Assembly: GCF_009914755.1 (NCBI RefSeq)
Contig: NC_060929.1
Direction: 5' to 3' (one strand)
Length of the DNA stretch: 64,000 nucleotides
Source of the DNA: the human T2T-CHM13v2.0 reference genome, Homo sapiens
Part shown: positions 31,313 through 48,570 of the stretch, piece after piece
Layout: every line of letters begins with the position of its first letter
Numbering within the stretch: the first letter of the stretch is position 1
Notes under the pieces: generated by a model
Databases searched by the model: none
What the model saw: the letters and a program-made list of their open reading frames with translations, nothing else
Told to the model about the DNA's origin: nothing
Made by a program: the position numbers and the translations under genes

Positions 31313-34033
31313 TCACGCTCTTCCCAATTTCCCACTCTGTCCCTCTTATTCTGGCAGCTTGCAATTTGGCTGCCGCAGCTGCAAGCAGCATGAATGTATC
31401 CCAAGAGAGAAGGACAGAAGATGGCATAAAAGGAGTATCCTCTCTTATTATGCAGGAAAAATTATGCTTGAAAACCTGCAAGAGATTTGCCTTTATGTCT
31501 CATTGGCCAGAAATAGGTTGCAAAATCAGTGTTGACCTGTTGACCCATCAGTGGCAAAAGAGTAAGACTGGCATGATGTGGTAGTTTTCAAGCATATCTA
31601 CATATTCTTGTCAGTCATTAACAAGTAGAGTGCCCTTGAATTTGGGCCAACCTTAGGAACTTGACCAACAGAATGTGTCAGAAGTGACACCCTGTGACTT
31701 CCAAGGCTCGGTTGTAAAAGGAGATGGAGTTCCCATCTGGTTCACTAGAACACATGTGCTAGAGCCTTGTGCAGCCATGTTGTAAGGAGGCTCAACTAGC
31801 CCATGCAGAGAGGAAGGGTGATAGCCTGTCCTATGGCTGGTCTGGCTGAGGTCTCCCTGGGACCTGCCTCCTTTCTGAGTCTCACTCTTCATTCCTGGGG
31901 ATCCCTCCAGCCTGTTCCTGTTCAGTTCAGCATCCAATGGCCAGGGCTGGTTTCTATGGCCTGCCATTCCTCACCATCTCCATCCCCACCCTGTCACACT
32001 GTCCAGTCACCATGCCTGACACTCTTCAGGGCACTTCACACCATTGCAGATACCTTCTGTTACTGTCTTTATTTCTCTCCCGATTTGAATATAAGCTGCG
32101 TGAGAGCTGTCTTATTCACAGTTGTATCGTTCCCAGCACCTTGAAGAGTGCCTAACATAAAACTAGGGTCAGAAATTCTGTATATAATTGTTGAATGGGC
32201 ATGTGAGTAAATATGGAGAGGAGGAACCACATAAGCAAAGGCTAGGAGGGAGGGAGTGTTAGAGAACAAATGCAAACCAAAGCAATGTGGAAAGTAAGGA
32301 GTCACCTTCCCAGTGGGCACCAGCCTCCTCTCCATCCTCACAAAATTCAGCTCAGGCCATGGCCAGGGGTCTGGCACAAAGCAGCAGACCAGCTGCTGTG
32401 GCAGCCCAAATGGCAGAGGAACATGTGCTGTGTCTGTGCCTGCACTGCACTAGGGGTTTTACAAACCTCCTCTCATTTTATCCCTACAATAATCCTATGA
32501 GGTGATGTCAACATCCCCATGGACACATGAGGAGACGGAGGCCAGGGAGAGCAATGGACAGCTTCCAAGGAAAGATGGGCCAGCTCTGGGGCTCACACAG
32601 TTCCCTCTGCAGGGCTTACTGATACCAGCCATAAGGAAGACCCTAGAACTGCAGGCCTTGGAGTCACAAAGGGAGGCCCTCACTAGCCTCTGCTTGAATA
32701 TTCACAGTGATGAGGCACTCAGCCCATGCCATTGCCAAAAGTTTCCACCTGGCAGGTTTAGGGAAGAGAAGAAGGAGGCTAGTCTTGGGAAAAGGTTCTA
32801 GCAAAAGCCGGAAAGACCTTAGAGCAGGTCTAACAGGGGCGAGACCAGATGCAATTTGGACTATAGGACAATCTCCAGGACAAGAGGAGACACTGCAGTC
32901 AGGGAGCTGGAGGACCACAGACACTTGGGTGTGGGGCACCCACTGCTGGAGGTGATGGGGGGCTTGCTCAAGGTCAAGGCAGACAGGAACTAGATTATGG
33001 GGTTTTCTTCTGACTGTCCTGGGGCCCCTAAGACTCCATCTTGCATGTATCCCAAAGGCAGTACAACTGTGTAGCTGATGTCTCCTTCTGGCAGACAAGG
33101 TCATAGGGGGTGCCTGCTGCCTGCTAGCCTGGGACCCTGGCAGCTACACCAACCATTAGCTGGCAATGAAGGGCCTCTGGAACCTGTGTCCAGTGGTTTC
33201 CCATACTGGCTGTCATCGCACAAGTCTGCCCAAACGCCACCCCACCTCATCCTCGGGAATCTTGGATCTGCTCGGGCTCCCAGCTGAGGGTTTGGAATGG
33301 CTTTCTCCCACCCACCTTGGGGTAGGGCAGAAGATCATTCGAGCAGCTGTCACTAAATCTGATCCTGCTACAGCCCTGGGTAAAGGTTTATTATTGCCTC
33401 TGGGTGTCCTAACACAGGCAAAAGTGCCTGGCTCTGGCCTCTCCTGGATGTGGGTTCAAATCCTGGCTCCCCACCTCTTTGTGCTTCATTTGCACTCTCT
33501 AGCCATCAGAGGAAGTGTTGTGCAGATTAAATGAGCTAATGTATATCAATATAAGAGCCCAATAGATGATGACTCCTACAGCCTGCAGGAAAGGAAAAAA
33601 GTTCATTGAAATACCAGTGGCAAATCACTTTAATCTAATGTTACAGAGGGAGAGTTCACGGGCTGAGCAATAATGAACTCTATGGAGAACATCCATAGGG
33701 TGCATGTGAGAATGCGAATTCCACCGGACAATATTTATTCTTCTTTTATCATTCAATAACTTATTATTGAGTGTTTATTCGGTGTGCTAAGAGCTAGGGA
33801 CATAAAGATGAAAATATCTGACCCCTACCCTGCGGGTCAACAAAGAGCCACCTATGTGAATAAACAATTCCAATTGACCAGATCATTGTTGTCACGAACA
33901 CGTAGGCTATGTTCGGTGGGAGCACTAGAGAAGGAGTACTGCCTAATTCTGCCTGGGGACATAAATCAAAAAGTCATCATTGCTATGCTCCAAGAGTCCA
34001 GAGTCTAGAAGGAAGGAAAAACATGTGAAAATA

Positions 34034-34465
34034 CAATTGACTCTTGAACAATGTGAAGGCTAAGGGCATCAAGACCCTACACAGTAAAAAAATCTGCCTA
34101 TAACTTTTGTCTCCTCCAAGACTTAACTGCTAATAACCCACTGTTGACTAGAAGCCTTACCGATAACATAAACAGTCCATGGAATACATATTTTGTATGT
34201 CATGTGTATTATATACTGTATTTTTACAATGAAGTAAGCTAGAGAAAATAAAATGTTATTAAGAAAATCATTGGGAAAAGAAAATATGTTTTCTCTTCGC
34301 TAAGTGGAAGTGGATCATCATAAAGGTCTTTATCTTGTTATCTTCACATTGAGGAGAAGGAGGAAGAGGATGAGTTTGCCTTGTCCACAAGTGGCAGAGG
34401 AGGAAGAAAATCCACGTAGAAGTGGACCTGCGCAGTTCGAACCCAGGTTGTTTGAGGGTCAACTG
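34034..34465. mobile_element. Tigger2a (MER28)-like TcMar MITE, both ends intact
   Basis: TIRs caattgactcttgaacaa / ttgtttgagggtcaactg, each flanked by TA; 432 bp. Confidence 0.9.
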
Positions 34466-35169
34466 TACAACCAGATACTGGTCAAAGATGTATGAGCAAC
34501 ATTTAGTAGGAGCACTGAAGAAGGAGCAGTAAGTTCTCCCCAGTGGAGTTAAGCCAGGTGTCCTAGAACAAAAGAAGAGGACCTGAAATCTGGAAGATCA
34601 TCAGTGACCATGAATGTCCGTGGCCTCCCTCCTGCCCTTGCGGTTCCCGACCCAGGCCTTCAGCCCAAGCTGTTCCTGTTGCCAGGCTCCGGCCTTCCTG
34701 GGCCCATGCCCACACCCCAGCTCATCCTACTCAGCACCAGAGCCTTGCCCACTCTGCTCCTTGAGGACCTCCCATGCTGGGCCCCCACTGTCCCCTGAGG
34801 TGTCCACTGGTACTGAGCCCACCCAAGTCTTCCCAGAAGGTGAGACCAGGAAATGTGCTTTTTTGGCTTTCTCTCCCTCTGCTTCTTGGAAGCTGCTAAC
34901 TCATGCGTCCCACCCACTTCAGATTTCACAAACACAAAAACATTGACCTCCCGCCCGCTTAGAGTGGGTCAACATCCCATAAGGTAAGCTCATTTTCAGA
35001 GAAGAGGAAACAGGCTCAAAACAGTCAGGGAAAAAAAAAAAAGACAGAGACGGGGTCAGCTCCAAGTTCAGATCTCCACCAGGCACAACACAGCTGACCT
35101 ATGGGTCCCCTAGGCCAATCAAGGTCATGGGCCTCTGTGAACTGGCCTTCGCTGAAAGGGTTAAAGGAA

Positions 35170-35670
35170 TCAACATTCATTTTAACAAAGAATCGCTGAG
35201 CTCCTACCCTGCGGCTGGCACTATTCTACATGCTGGAGATTTGGCAAACAACAAGACAGACAAACATGGAGCTTGGATTCTAGTGAAAAGAGATACACAA
35301 TCAACGGGCAAATAAATGAACAAACAATGACATTTCCAAGAGTCATATACGCAAGGAAGACAATGAAACAGCGAAACGGGATGGAGGGCAACTAGAGGTG
35401 AGAGGGGCTGCTCATTTAGACAGGGTGGTCAGGGAAGGCCAAAACAACAACAAGGATCCTGCCACACAAAGAGCTCTGGGAAGTGTTTCAGGCCCAGAGA
35501 GCAGCAAATGCAAGGGCTCCAAGGTGGGAATGAAATTTGCATGTTCATAAAGCAGCAAGACGGCCAGTGTGGCTGCTGCAGAGTAAGGAAGAAGCGAGCA
35601 TTATGAGATGAGGTCAGAGAGGTGGGGGAGCCAGCTCATGAGGGGGTCTTGTTCATTTGGGAAAGAGGCC
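35170..35670 (-). mobile_element. L2 relic
   Basis: ttagacagggtggtcagggaaggcc...aagacggccagtgtggctgctgcagagt...gatgaggtcagagagg. Confidence 0.75.
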
Positions 35671-35838
35671 AGGGCTGACCACACTAGAGAAAAATTGGCT
35701 GGGTACTTGTCACAGGACCTGGATGGTCACTCACTTACTGGGGCGGCAGAGAAGGCTACAAGGCCTGAGGCCTTGGTTATCTGCTTAGTGGCTCCATGGA
35801 GTCTGCTTGCTGGAGGCTATCTGGCCTTCTGATCCATT

Positions 35839-36141
<303 letters not shown>

Positions 36142-36296
36142 AGATCCATTCATTTCTACTACTATACCTGGTACTACGTATCTCACCAGCTTAAAACATC
36201 TCTCTTTTATTTTTCTAGGCATGTGAACACCAACTTGCCCATAGAGGTTTTTCCACATTCCTTGAGTTGCCCAAGCACCCCCAAAGTCTTTCTTAG

Positions 36297-38770
<2,474 letters not shown>

Positions 38771-38846
38771 GATTTTATAATTTTGAAAAACACCATGGGG
38801 AGAAAGAAATGGGAGGATTTCATCATCCACCAGAGCTGCTGCTGCT

Positions 38847-39151
38847 TCTTTTTTTTTTTTTTTTTTTTGAGATGGAGTTTTGCTCTTGTTGCCCAGGCTG
38901 GAGTGCAATGGCACAATCTCAGCTCACCACAACCTCCACGCCCCCAGGTTCAAGTGGTTCTCCTGCCTCAGCCTCCCAAGTAGCTGGGATTACAGGCATG
39001 CACCACCACACCCGGCTGATTTTGTATTTTTAGTAGAGATGGGGTTTCTCCATGTTGGTCAGGCTGGTCTCGAACTCCCGACTGCAGGTGATGCACCCGC
39101 CTCAGCCTCCCAAAGTGCTGAGATTACAGGTGTGAGCCACTGCACCCAGCC
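38847..39151 (-). mobile_element. Alu (AluSp-like)
   Basis: Reverse dimeric Alu. Confidence 0.95.
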
Positions 39152-39567
39152 AGAAGTCTGTTATTTTTTTTAAAAGCCTCCTGTTCACTAAGGCAAAAGG
39201 AAGAACCTCCTCAAATGCCTGGGGAACTTGAGGCCAGTGAACCTGGATAATAAATGCAAATAGATTTATTGAGGGCTTGTTTATACAGGATTTAGAACCG
39301 AGCCCTGAGAACAGCCTGACTATTCTCAGCAACCCCTACCCCCTGCACCCTGCCCTACTCTCTCCCCTGTCCTCCCCCTTTTGGATCCTTTCCCTTCTAC
39401 CTATTTTCAGTTTGACCCTCTAGGCTGTGAGCTGCTTGATGCCAGGGAACCAGTGCTCCCAGCCTTTTCTTTTCCAACATCCAGGGCACGGTACACATTT
39501 AAATGTTCACTAGAGGTATAAAGGGAATGAATAAATGTCTAAGCTCTTAAGGTGGCTGAAATAGCAA

Positions 39568-39999
39568 TGCTCTGGGTTGAACTGTGTACCCCCCAAAAGA
39601 TGTTGAAGTCCTTACCCCCAATACTTGTGAATGTGACCTTATTTGGAAATAGGGTCTTTGAAGATGATCAAGATGTGGTCATTAGGGAGAGCTCTAATCC
39701 AGTATGACTGTGTCCTTATAAAAAGGGGATATTTGGACACAGAGACACATGTATAGAGGGAAGAGATGTGAAGACACAGGGGGAATGTCATCTACAATCC
39801 AAGGGGGCCACCAGCGGCTAGAGGAATGGCACAGAACAGATTCTCCCTCATGACTCTGAGAAGAAACCAACCCTGCTGTCATCTTGATCTTGGACTTCCA
39901 GCCTCCAGAAGTGTGAGACAATACACTTCTGTTGTTTAAGCTATCTGGCTTGTGGTATTTTGTTACACAGCCTTACACAGCCCTAGGAAACAGAATACA
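39568..39999 (+). mobile_element. MLT1B/C MaLR LTR
   Basis: tgctctgggttgaactgtg...gtgaatgtgaccttatttggaaatagggtctttg...ccctaggaaacagaataca. Confidence 0.85.
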
Positions 40000-40406
40000 C
40001 AGAAATCTAGGGTTGTGAACGCAATGTTTTAAAGGACTTGTGGGCTCCTTCATTCATTCCTTCATTAAACAAATGCTTACCATGCGCCATCCCTATGCCC
40101 AGCCCTAGCAAAGGGCCAAGGTAGTGGTCGTGGCCCTTGGCACGCACCTTCCACTTTCTTGCTGTTGTCCTGTCAACTGTTTGCCCACCTCTTTTCTCTC
40201 CTGCAAAATGTGTCCTCAGAGCTGTTCAAATTCACTCCCTTTCCCTTGTGAAATATGCCCTTGATTTCGACATTCCTTACCATTCACATTCAAATGAAGA
40301 AACCAACCCAGCCATGCAGTTCCTCTTGTGCTCCCTGCTAGATTTCAGCTCCTGGAACCATCTCTTACCCTTGCCTGGGTCCCCCCTCACCTGCTAGCAG
40401 ATAGTC

Positions 40407-40704
40407 TTTTTTTTTTTTTTTTTTTTTTTGAGAGGGAGTCTTGCTCTGTTGCCCGGGTTGGAGTGCAGTGGCACAATCTCGGCTCACTGCAACCCCCGCC
40501 TCCTGGGTTCAAGCAATTCTCCTGCCTCAGGCTCCCGAGTAGCTGAGACTACAGGCACGCGCCACCCAGCTAACTTTTGTATTTTTAGTAGAGACAGGGT
40601 TTTACCATGTCTGCCAGGATGGTCTCGATCTTTTGACCTCGTGATCCGCCCGCCTTGGCCTCCCAAAGTGCTGGGATTACAGGCATGAGCCACCGCCCCC
40701 GGCC
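40407..40704 (-). mobile_element. Alu (AluSc-like)
   Basis: TSD gctagcagatagtct/gttagcagatattct. Confidence 0.95.
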
Positions 40705-41689
40705 GTTAGCAGATATTCTGATTGAGTTGTCTGCTGGGCAGCCCAGGCACACACATCCTTGAAACATCCCAGCAGCTCCTAATGCACAGCCAGGGTTGAG
40801 AAGCTCTGCACTGGAGGCCTATGATGAGAGGGCTGATCTCTGTCTAATCATAATGATGATGAACACCAGCAAAAATAGCTAACACATAGTGTACACAATG
40901 TGCCAAGAACCGCTATCATTACTCACATTTACTCTTTTCAGCCTCACAACAATCCCCTGAGATAAGACTGTTATCTCCCCGATTTGCAGGTGAGAAGAGT
41001 GAGGTGAGTTCAAGGCCACCCGGCTAGAAAGTGATGGAGCTGGGACGTATAGCCAAGGGCCTGGCTACCTGTCTGACTCTGGGACACAGGACGAGGCTGA
41101 AACCCAAGGCTGTCACTAGGATTGAGAGCAGAGATGCTGGTTTAAACACACACAGGACCTCCAGCCATCGGTTGTCACAGGCGACCTGATTGTTCTTGTC
41201 ACTTGCTGCCAGCTCAATACAGCTCCAGTGGATCCCCCTGAGTAAGGTGCTTGAGTAGGATTCTGTCCTAGTTGAGGCTCTGCCTTAACATAGGATGCGT
41301 GCCAACCTAGCACATTCTACAGGGCAGAGCCTCATGGGAAGGTGGTTAACACGTGACGTGCAGGAGGCGCTCCTCTGGGGGTCCCCAACAAGGGGCAGGG
41401 AGCAGTGCAGGGGAGTGCCTCAGACCTCAGACCCCAGGCTACGCGACCTGGATCCAGGTCCCAGCTCTGCCTCTCGGTAGCAGGGCAACTTGGGCAAGTT
41501 GTTAACCTCTCTGGGCCTCAGTTTCCCTGTGAGCAAAGTAAAGATGCTGCTAGTAATCACACCTATCTCAAAGGGCTGTGGTGGGGATTAAATAAATTCA
41601 TACAGATAAAGGGCTTGTTACAGAGCCAGGCACCTGCCACACACGTCTGCCATCACTCTCCTGGAGAGCGATGTAGGGCTTCCCTGCCA

Positions 41690-42095
41690 TGATGGGTAAT
41701 GTCCATCTGTCCCTCCAGACCCTCTCTCCACTGCAAAAGCCTGCTACATCAAAGAGCTCCCTCGTCCCCTGGCTTCCTGTTGTGTTCAGCCAACAGGCAT
41801 TGCTGCCAGGAGGGAAGCAGGGAGTGAGGTTGGGGGCTGGGTTGGCCGCCTCTCTGACTGATGATGGCTGCTCCTCCCTAGCCCTCTCTGTGTCCAGGTG
41901 CTGGACTCTGCACTCTCCCCTTCCCGCTTCAGCCCTAGGGGTACAGATGCCTGGCTGTGACCACCAAGGGTGCGGCACTGACTTTTGTGGCTCCTCTTCA
42001 GCCTGCCTGCACCTTTGTAAAAAGTCTCTCTCATGTACTGCTCCAATTACCCACTTGCAGTGCACTGTTTCCTGCCTTGACGGTTTCTAACATGC
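41690..42095 (+). mobile_element. LTR33-like ERVL LTR
   Basis: cccctggcttcctgttgtgttcagccaacagg...cacctttgtaaaaagtc...tgtttcctgcc. Confidence 0.6.
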
Positions 42096-44544
42096 TGTGT
42101 TAGGGGCTGTGTCAGGAAATTTACTTGGTGGCCCAGAATGAGAGAATACACTCATTCCTGCACAGTGTTCATAGGTAATAAATGGTGTCATAAGACCTTA
42201 GCGCTGGATTTCAAAGAAGGATGCTTGAACCCTTCCAGCCCTGCAGAATCCCACCTGGAGGTAGGGAAACATGCTGAGACTGCTAGAGAAGCCTCAGCTG
42301 GGAAGGGCTGGGGGGCAGGGAGCCTGCTGGCCTTTCTCTCCACGCCCACGCCCTGCAGCAGATATAGGTCCCCACGGCTGGTTTCCCAATCCTTCTGCCA
42401 GCCTCCTCCCGGAGGAACTGGGAGGCACATCACTTTCTAGTGGGCTCAGGCCTCTGTGGGGCCTGGGAATCTGGGGCCCTGCAGGGGACCTGCAGCCTCC
42501 GTAGATGCACTGGGGGCAGCTGCTGTGCTGAGATTGTTGGTCCAGCTGCTCTGTCTTGAGGATCAAGGGCCTCCTGGAGATACCCAGGCAGAGGTCTTGG
42601 GTTGGGAGGGCGGTGCTCAGAACTTCCTTGCTTGGCCAGAAAGTCAGAGGAGCAAAGACAGTGGAGAGGCCTGAGGATTTCCCTCCCAAGCCCTCATCAC
42701 ATTTGACACTTCTCTACTGTCTCCTCCCATCCTGCTCTCTCTCATTCTCTCTCTCTCTCTCTCTCTTTCCCCCCAAGAACCCTTTCCTGTTACTTTCACT
42801 CATGCCTTTCAATGTTTCCTGTCCCCATCCTCAGTCTCCACCTGGTCTTGGAGCAATTTCTCTTTCTCTGTCTGCATCTCCACACTCAACATCCACATTG
42901 CTTTCAAGAATCTGAAAGATCGTTAGGCAGAGCACTAAGAAAATAGTGCCGTCCCCTAGCTACCAAAGAGATGGGGTCGGGGGTGTGGCATCAGAAATGT
43001 TTTTTGTGTATAGTAATAACAAAACGCCCAGCATGATAGTACATTGTTTAGAGTTATAAAATATTTATGCCAGTGATATTACTAAATAACCATAATAGAA
43101 GACATTTCTTGCGTATTTGTACTGGTACCACGCTAAAAGCTTTACTCAAAGTATCTAATTTAATATTCACAGCAAGACTGTGGCACATATGTTACTTCTT
43201 CTCTGTCACAGGCCAGGAAACTGAGACTCGAGGTGGAAGGTCATTTCTCAAGGTCATGCACTTATTAAGTGGATTCACACCCAGATCTGCTGGACTCTGA
43301 AGCTGTGTGCTCATAACCACTGATGCCAGAAAGAGGTAGGATATTGATTCCACCCAAGATGCTAACTGCTCAGCCACTACAATGGAGAAGAGACATCTTT
43401 CAAAAAAGCAAGAGAAACAGCAAAACATCTAGGAATAAACATGCAGGCAAACAGGCCAGGCCAATAACAAGGAAACGATGCAGCTAAGCTCATGAAAGAA
43501 GGGCTGGGTAAATGCACTGCAGCTCATGTTCCTGGGGCTGTAAGGCCAATTCGCCTCAAATCACTTCATTAATTTGCTGTAATGCCAATAAAAATCCCAT
43601 TAGTACCCGGGAGAAGATCTTGACAAATTAATTAAAATTAATTAGGGAGAAAAAAATGCTCAAGAATAGCCAAGAAAATGTCTAAGAAATATAACAAGGA
43701 GGGGAGCTCACATTACTCAGTCATTCTTTCTGTGGATATTCATTGAGCACCTACTATATACCAGGTTCTGAGGCACCATAGTTGTCCTCAAGAAGCTTAC
43801 AGACTGGAGGATACTAACACGTGCTACAGAACCGGAGGGTGTAAATGGTGTGGTCCTGGGGTGGAGCAGACAGAGAGAACCAGTGACAGCCCAGGCATAG
43901 GTTCTTGAAATGGGGTTGGGGGGAATTAGGAAACAGTAATCATGAGGACAGTTACTGGTGATTGGGAGGGACTGCATCAATTCATTCCACAGCAATCACC
44001 TGAGTCTGGAACCCTGGTGATCCCCACTTTACAAGGAGGAGGCACAGGCCCAGAGACCTTAAGTAACCTACTCAGGGTCACACAGCCAGTAAGTGGCAGA
44101 GCGGGACCCAGAACCCAAGTGTGTCCCATTCAAATGTCCCTGCCAGTAACCACCACAGACAGTGGCAGGTGGGACGTCAAGGCAAGTCAGTGGGGAAAGG
44201 AGGGCCTCACCAAGCGATGGTGTGGAGATGATTCTTCGAGAGATGATTAATTTGATTGTAAAAATGAATTTGAAATGGATTTGATATTCAAATAACATAA
44301 GACAAAAATTGTTAAAGTCATAGGGAAAATAAAAGAAAGAAAGGTTTTATGAGCCTGAGTTGAGAAAGGCCTTTCTCAGAATGCCATGAGGGTCAGAAGT
44401 GAGAAATAAGGCCAATAGGTCTAACCATGTTGAAATGTAAAACTTTTGTATTGTAAAAGGCATAAAGACAAATGGAAAGATATAATTTGCAAAATATGTG
44501 AGAAGTCAGTGGGGAAAAGAGGAATGTCCTATAGAAAAATTGCA

Positions 44545-44850
44545 GGCTGGGTGTGATGGCTTACACCTGTAGTCCCAGCACTTCGAGAGGCTGAGGCGGG
44601 CAGATTACTTGAGCTCAGAAGTTCGAGGCCAGTCTGAGCAATGTGGCAAAACCCTGTCTCTACCAAAATTTTTAAAAATGAGCTGGGTGTGGTGGTGAGT
44701 GCCTGTAGTCCCAGTTACCTGGGAGGCTGAGATGGGAGAATCACCTGAGCCTGGGGAGGTTGAGCCTGTGGTAAGGCATGATGGTGCCACTGCACTCCAG
44801 CCTGGGCACCACCGAGACCCTGTACTTAAAAAAGGAAGAAAGAAAGAAAA
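44545..44850 (+). mobile_element. AluJ
   Basis: Diverged dimeric Alu. Confidence 0.9.
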
Positions 44851-45365
44851 GTGTTCTTTCCGAAGGACCTGCCTCTCAGAGCTACCTGCCTCTGGAAGGG
44901 GCAGTCATATGTGTTCATTTGCTGGTCCAGGACCCATCAGATCCTCTCTCAAGAAGACCTGAATGAAAAGATGAGTCACAGAGCTGTCAGCTGGCGCGGA
45001 GTCAACCTGAAAGGTCATTTTAGGAAAAGGCCAGAGTCACTGCCATCAAGTCAGGCTTACTGTTGAGGGTGCCTGTGAAGTGCTGGATTGGGAACAACTA
45101 AAATGTCCCTCAATAGGGGACTGGCTAAAAATTACAGTTCATCACTACAAGGGAATACCATTCAGTGATTAAAAACAATGAGGTAAACATTTTATACAGA
45201 AAAAAATGCAGAAACTGCACAGTGTGATTTTTTTTTTATTTTTTAATGTATTTTTTAAAGTGTGTGTGTGCATGTGTGTGTGTGTGTGTTTCTGTGTTGA
45301 AGATTCAAATTGCCTGGGTTTGAATCCTGGACCTGGCATTATTAGCAAATTACTTAAACTCTCTA

Positions 45366-45699
<334 letters not shown>

Positions 45700-46255
45700 G
45701 AATTGTGTCTTCTTCAAATGGTTGTTTTAAGGAGCATTAAAGCATGCAATACTCCTAGAACAATGCTAGGAACATACTAAATGCTGTGTAACTGGTAGCC
45801 ACCACCATCACCATCATCATCGTCCTCTAGAGGGTGGAGAAAAAGGTACTCTTTACATAGTTCATTGTCAATATCACTGAGAGAAGAGATTAGGGTGAGG
45901 ATTACATTGTTACATTTGGCTCTATGCACATCTACATTAACCAAATTTTATATAATGGATGTGTTTTGTATTGGACACTAAAAGAAAGCCATGAGGAGCT
46001 TACCCCTCTAAGCAGAAGAGCTGACCAGCAAAGAAGGAGAAGAAAGGAGAGCAGATGGGCTGAGAGAAAAGAGATGACATCCCCTGGGTCCCCAGAGAGC
46101 GAGCAATGAAGGGAGTGACTTCAAGAACTTGGGATGGAAGTTATTCTGCATCCAATAAAGGCAAGGCAGTAATTTGCTTATAAAGTTTTTCTGTGTCCTT
46201 ACAAAATACACTCTCTTCCATTATGTTATACTTAAGCTAGTTCAAATGGCTTTTT

Positions 46256-46570
46256 GGCACGGTGCAATGGCTCACACCTATAATCCCAGGGCTTTCAGAG
46301 GCCAAGGCAGAAAGATCACTTGAGGCCAGGGGTTTGAACCCAGCCTGGTCAATATAGTGAGACCACACCTGTACAAAAGAAAAATTTAAAAATTAGCTGG
46401 GCATAGTGCTGTCTGCCTGTAGTCGCAGCTACTCAGGAGGCTGAGGCAGGAGGATTGCTTGAGCCTGCAAGGTCAAGCTGTAATCATGCCACTGTGCTTC
46501 AGCCTGGGTGACAGAGCAAGAACCTGTCTCAAAAAAATACAAATAAAAATTTTTTTAAAAAATAAAAAAA
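46256..46570 (+). mobile_element. AluJ
   Basis: ggaggattgcttgagcc J-type right arm. Confidence 0.9.
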
Positions 46571-46708
46571 GGCTATTTTTGTACGTGATAACCAAACAAT
46601 CCTGACCAAAACAAGTAGCTGGTAACAAGAAAATATTTTCAACCTTATTGAGAAACAAAGAATTGCAAACTAAAACAGAAAGATACCAGTTTCTATCTAT
46701 CATATTGA

Positions 46709-47029
<321 letters not shown>

Positions 47030-47209
47030 GGTTTAACAGATTGTTAAATGCTGTATTAGTGAGCGTGACAAGAAATAGTCCACATTCACACACACATGTC
47101 GGGCATACACATTTGGTCAGCCTTTGGGAGGCCACTTACCCAAGAATATATTTGCCTTTAGAACAAGAAATTCCACCATGAAGAATTTTCCAAAGAAAAT
47201 CTTGAACCA

Positions 47210-47525
<316 letters not shown>

Positions 47526-47619
47526 TCATGAAGATACAAGTTCAAGGATGATGGCATTGTTTATACTGGTGAAAAAACTGGAAACAACCTTAGCATGCCT
47601 CAGCAAAATAGTTGAACAA

Positions 47620-48570
47620 GTGGGACACCACAGCAGACAGCAGCCCCCACCACCCCTGGCTCGTGGTGTCCAGGCCTTTGTGTAATGCCATCCCCTTAAG
47701 TGTGGGTACGACCTAGTACTTGCTTCCAGCCAATAGAATACTATAGCATTGAGTGGGTATCGCTTCTGTGATTCAATTACAAAAGGTTCGGACTTCCACC
47801 CTGCTGGCAGATTCTCTCCCTTGCTGATCTGATGAAGTAGGGGAGGACCACATGGAAAGGAGCTGAGGGTAGCCTCTGGCCAACAGCCATGGAAGAATTC
47901 ATCCTCTCTGTCTAACAACACAGAAGGAACTAATTCTATTGACTATCTAAGTGAGCTTGGAAGCAGATATGTCTTAGTCTGTTTTGTGTTGCTATAACAA
48001 AATACCATAGATTGAATATTTTACAAAGAAAAGAAATTTATTTCTCACAGTTCTGGAGGCTGAGAAATCCAATATCAAATTTCCAGCAACTCGCAAGGGC
48101 CTTCTTCCCACATCACCCCATGGCAAAAGGTAGAAGGGTGAGAGGGCACACATGAGGGAGAGCAAGCAAGGAAGAGAGAGCCAAACTTGCTTTTACAATA
48201 ACCTACTTTCGCAATAACAAACACACTCTCATGATAACATTAATTCATTTATGAGGGCAGAGTCCTTATGGCCTAGTTACCTCTTAACGGTCTCACCTCT
48301 TAATACCATCACAATGGCAATTAAATGTCAACATGAGTTTTGGAGGGGACATTCAAACCATAGCAAGATTCTTTCTTCCCCAGTCAAGCCTTCAGAAGAT
48401 AACTCAATCCTGGAAGACACTTTTCAGTCTAATGAGAGACCCTAAAACAGAGAATGCAGCTAAGCAAAGCCCAGATTCCTGGCCCACAGCAATTGTGAGA
48501 TAATAAATATGTGTTGTTATAAGCCACTAAGTTTGTGGTAATTTATGATATAGCAATAGATAACTAATAC
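47620..48570 (+). mobile_element. MLT1E-like LTR (host of an MST LTR)
   Basis: gacctagtacttgcttccagccaatagaata...aagccactaagtttgtggtaattt...gcaatagataactaatac. Confidence 0.75.
47970..48365 (-). mobile_element. MSTB/C-like solo LTR
   Basis: tgtcttagtctgttttgtgttgctataac...ggacattcaaaccatagca; TSD agata/agatt. Confidence 0.85.
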
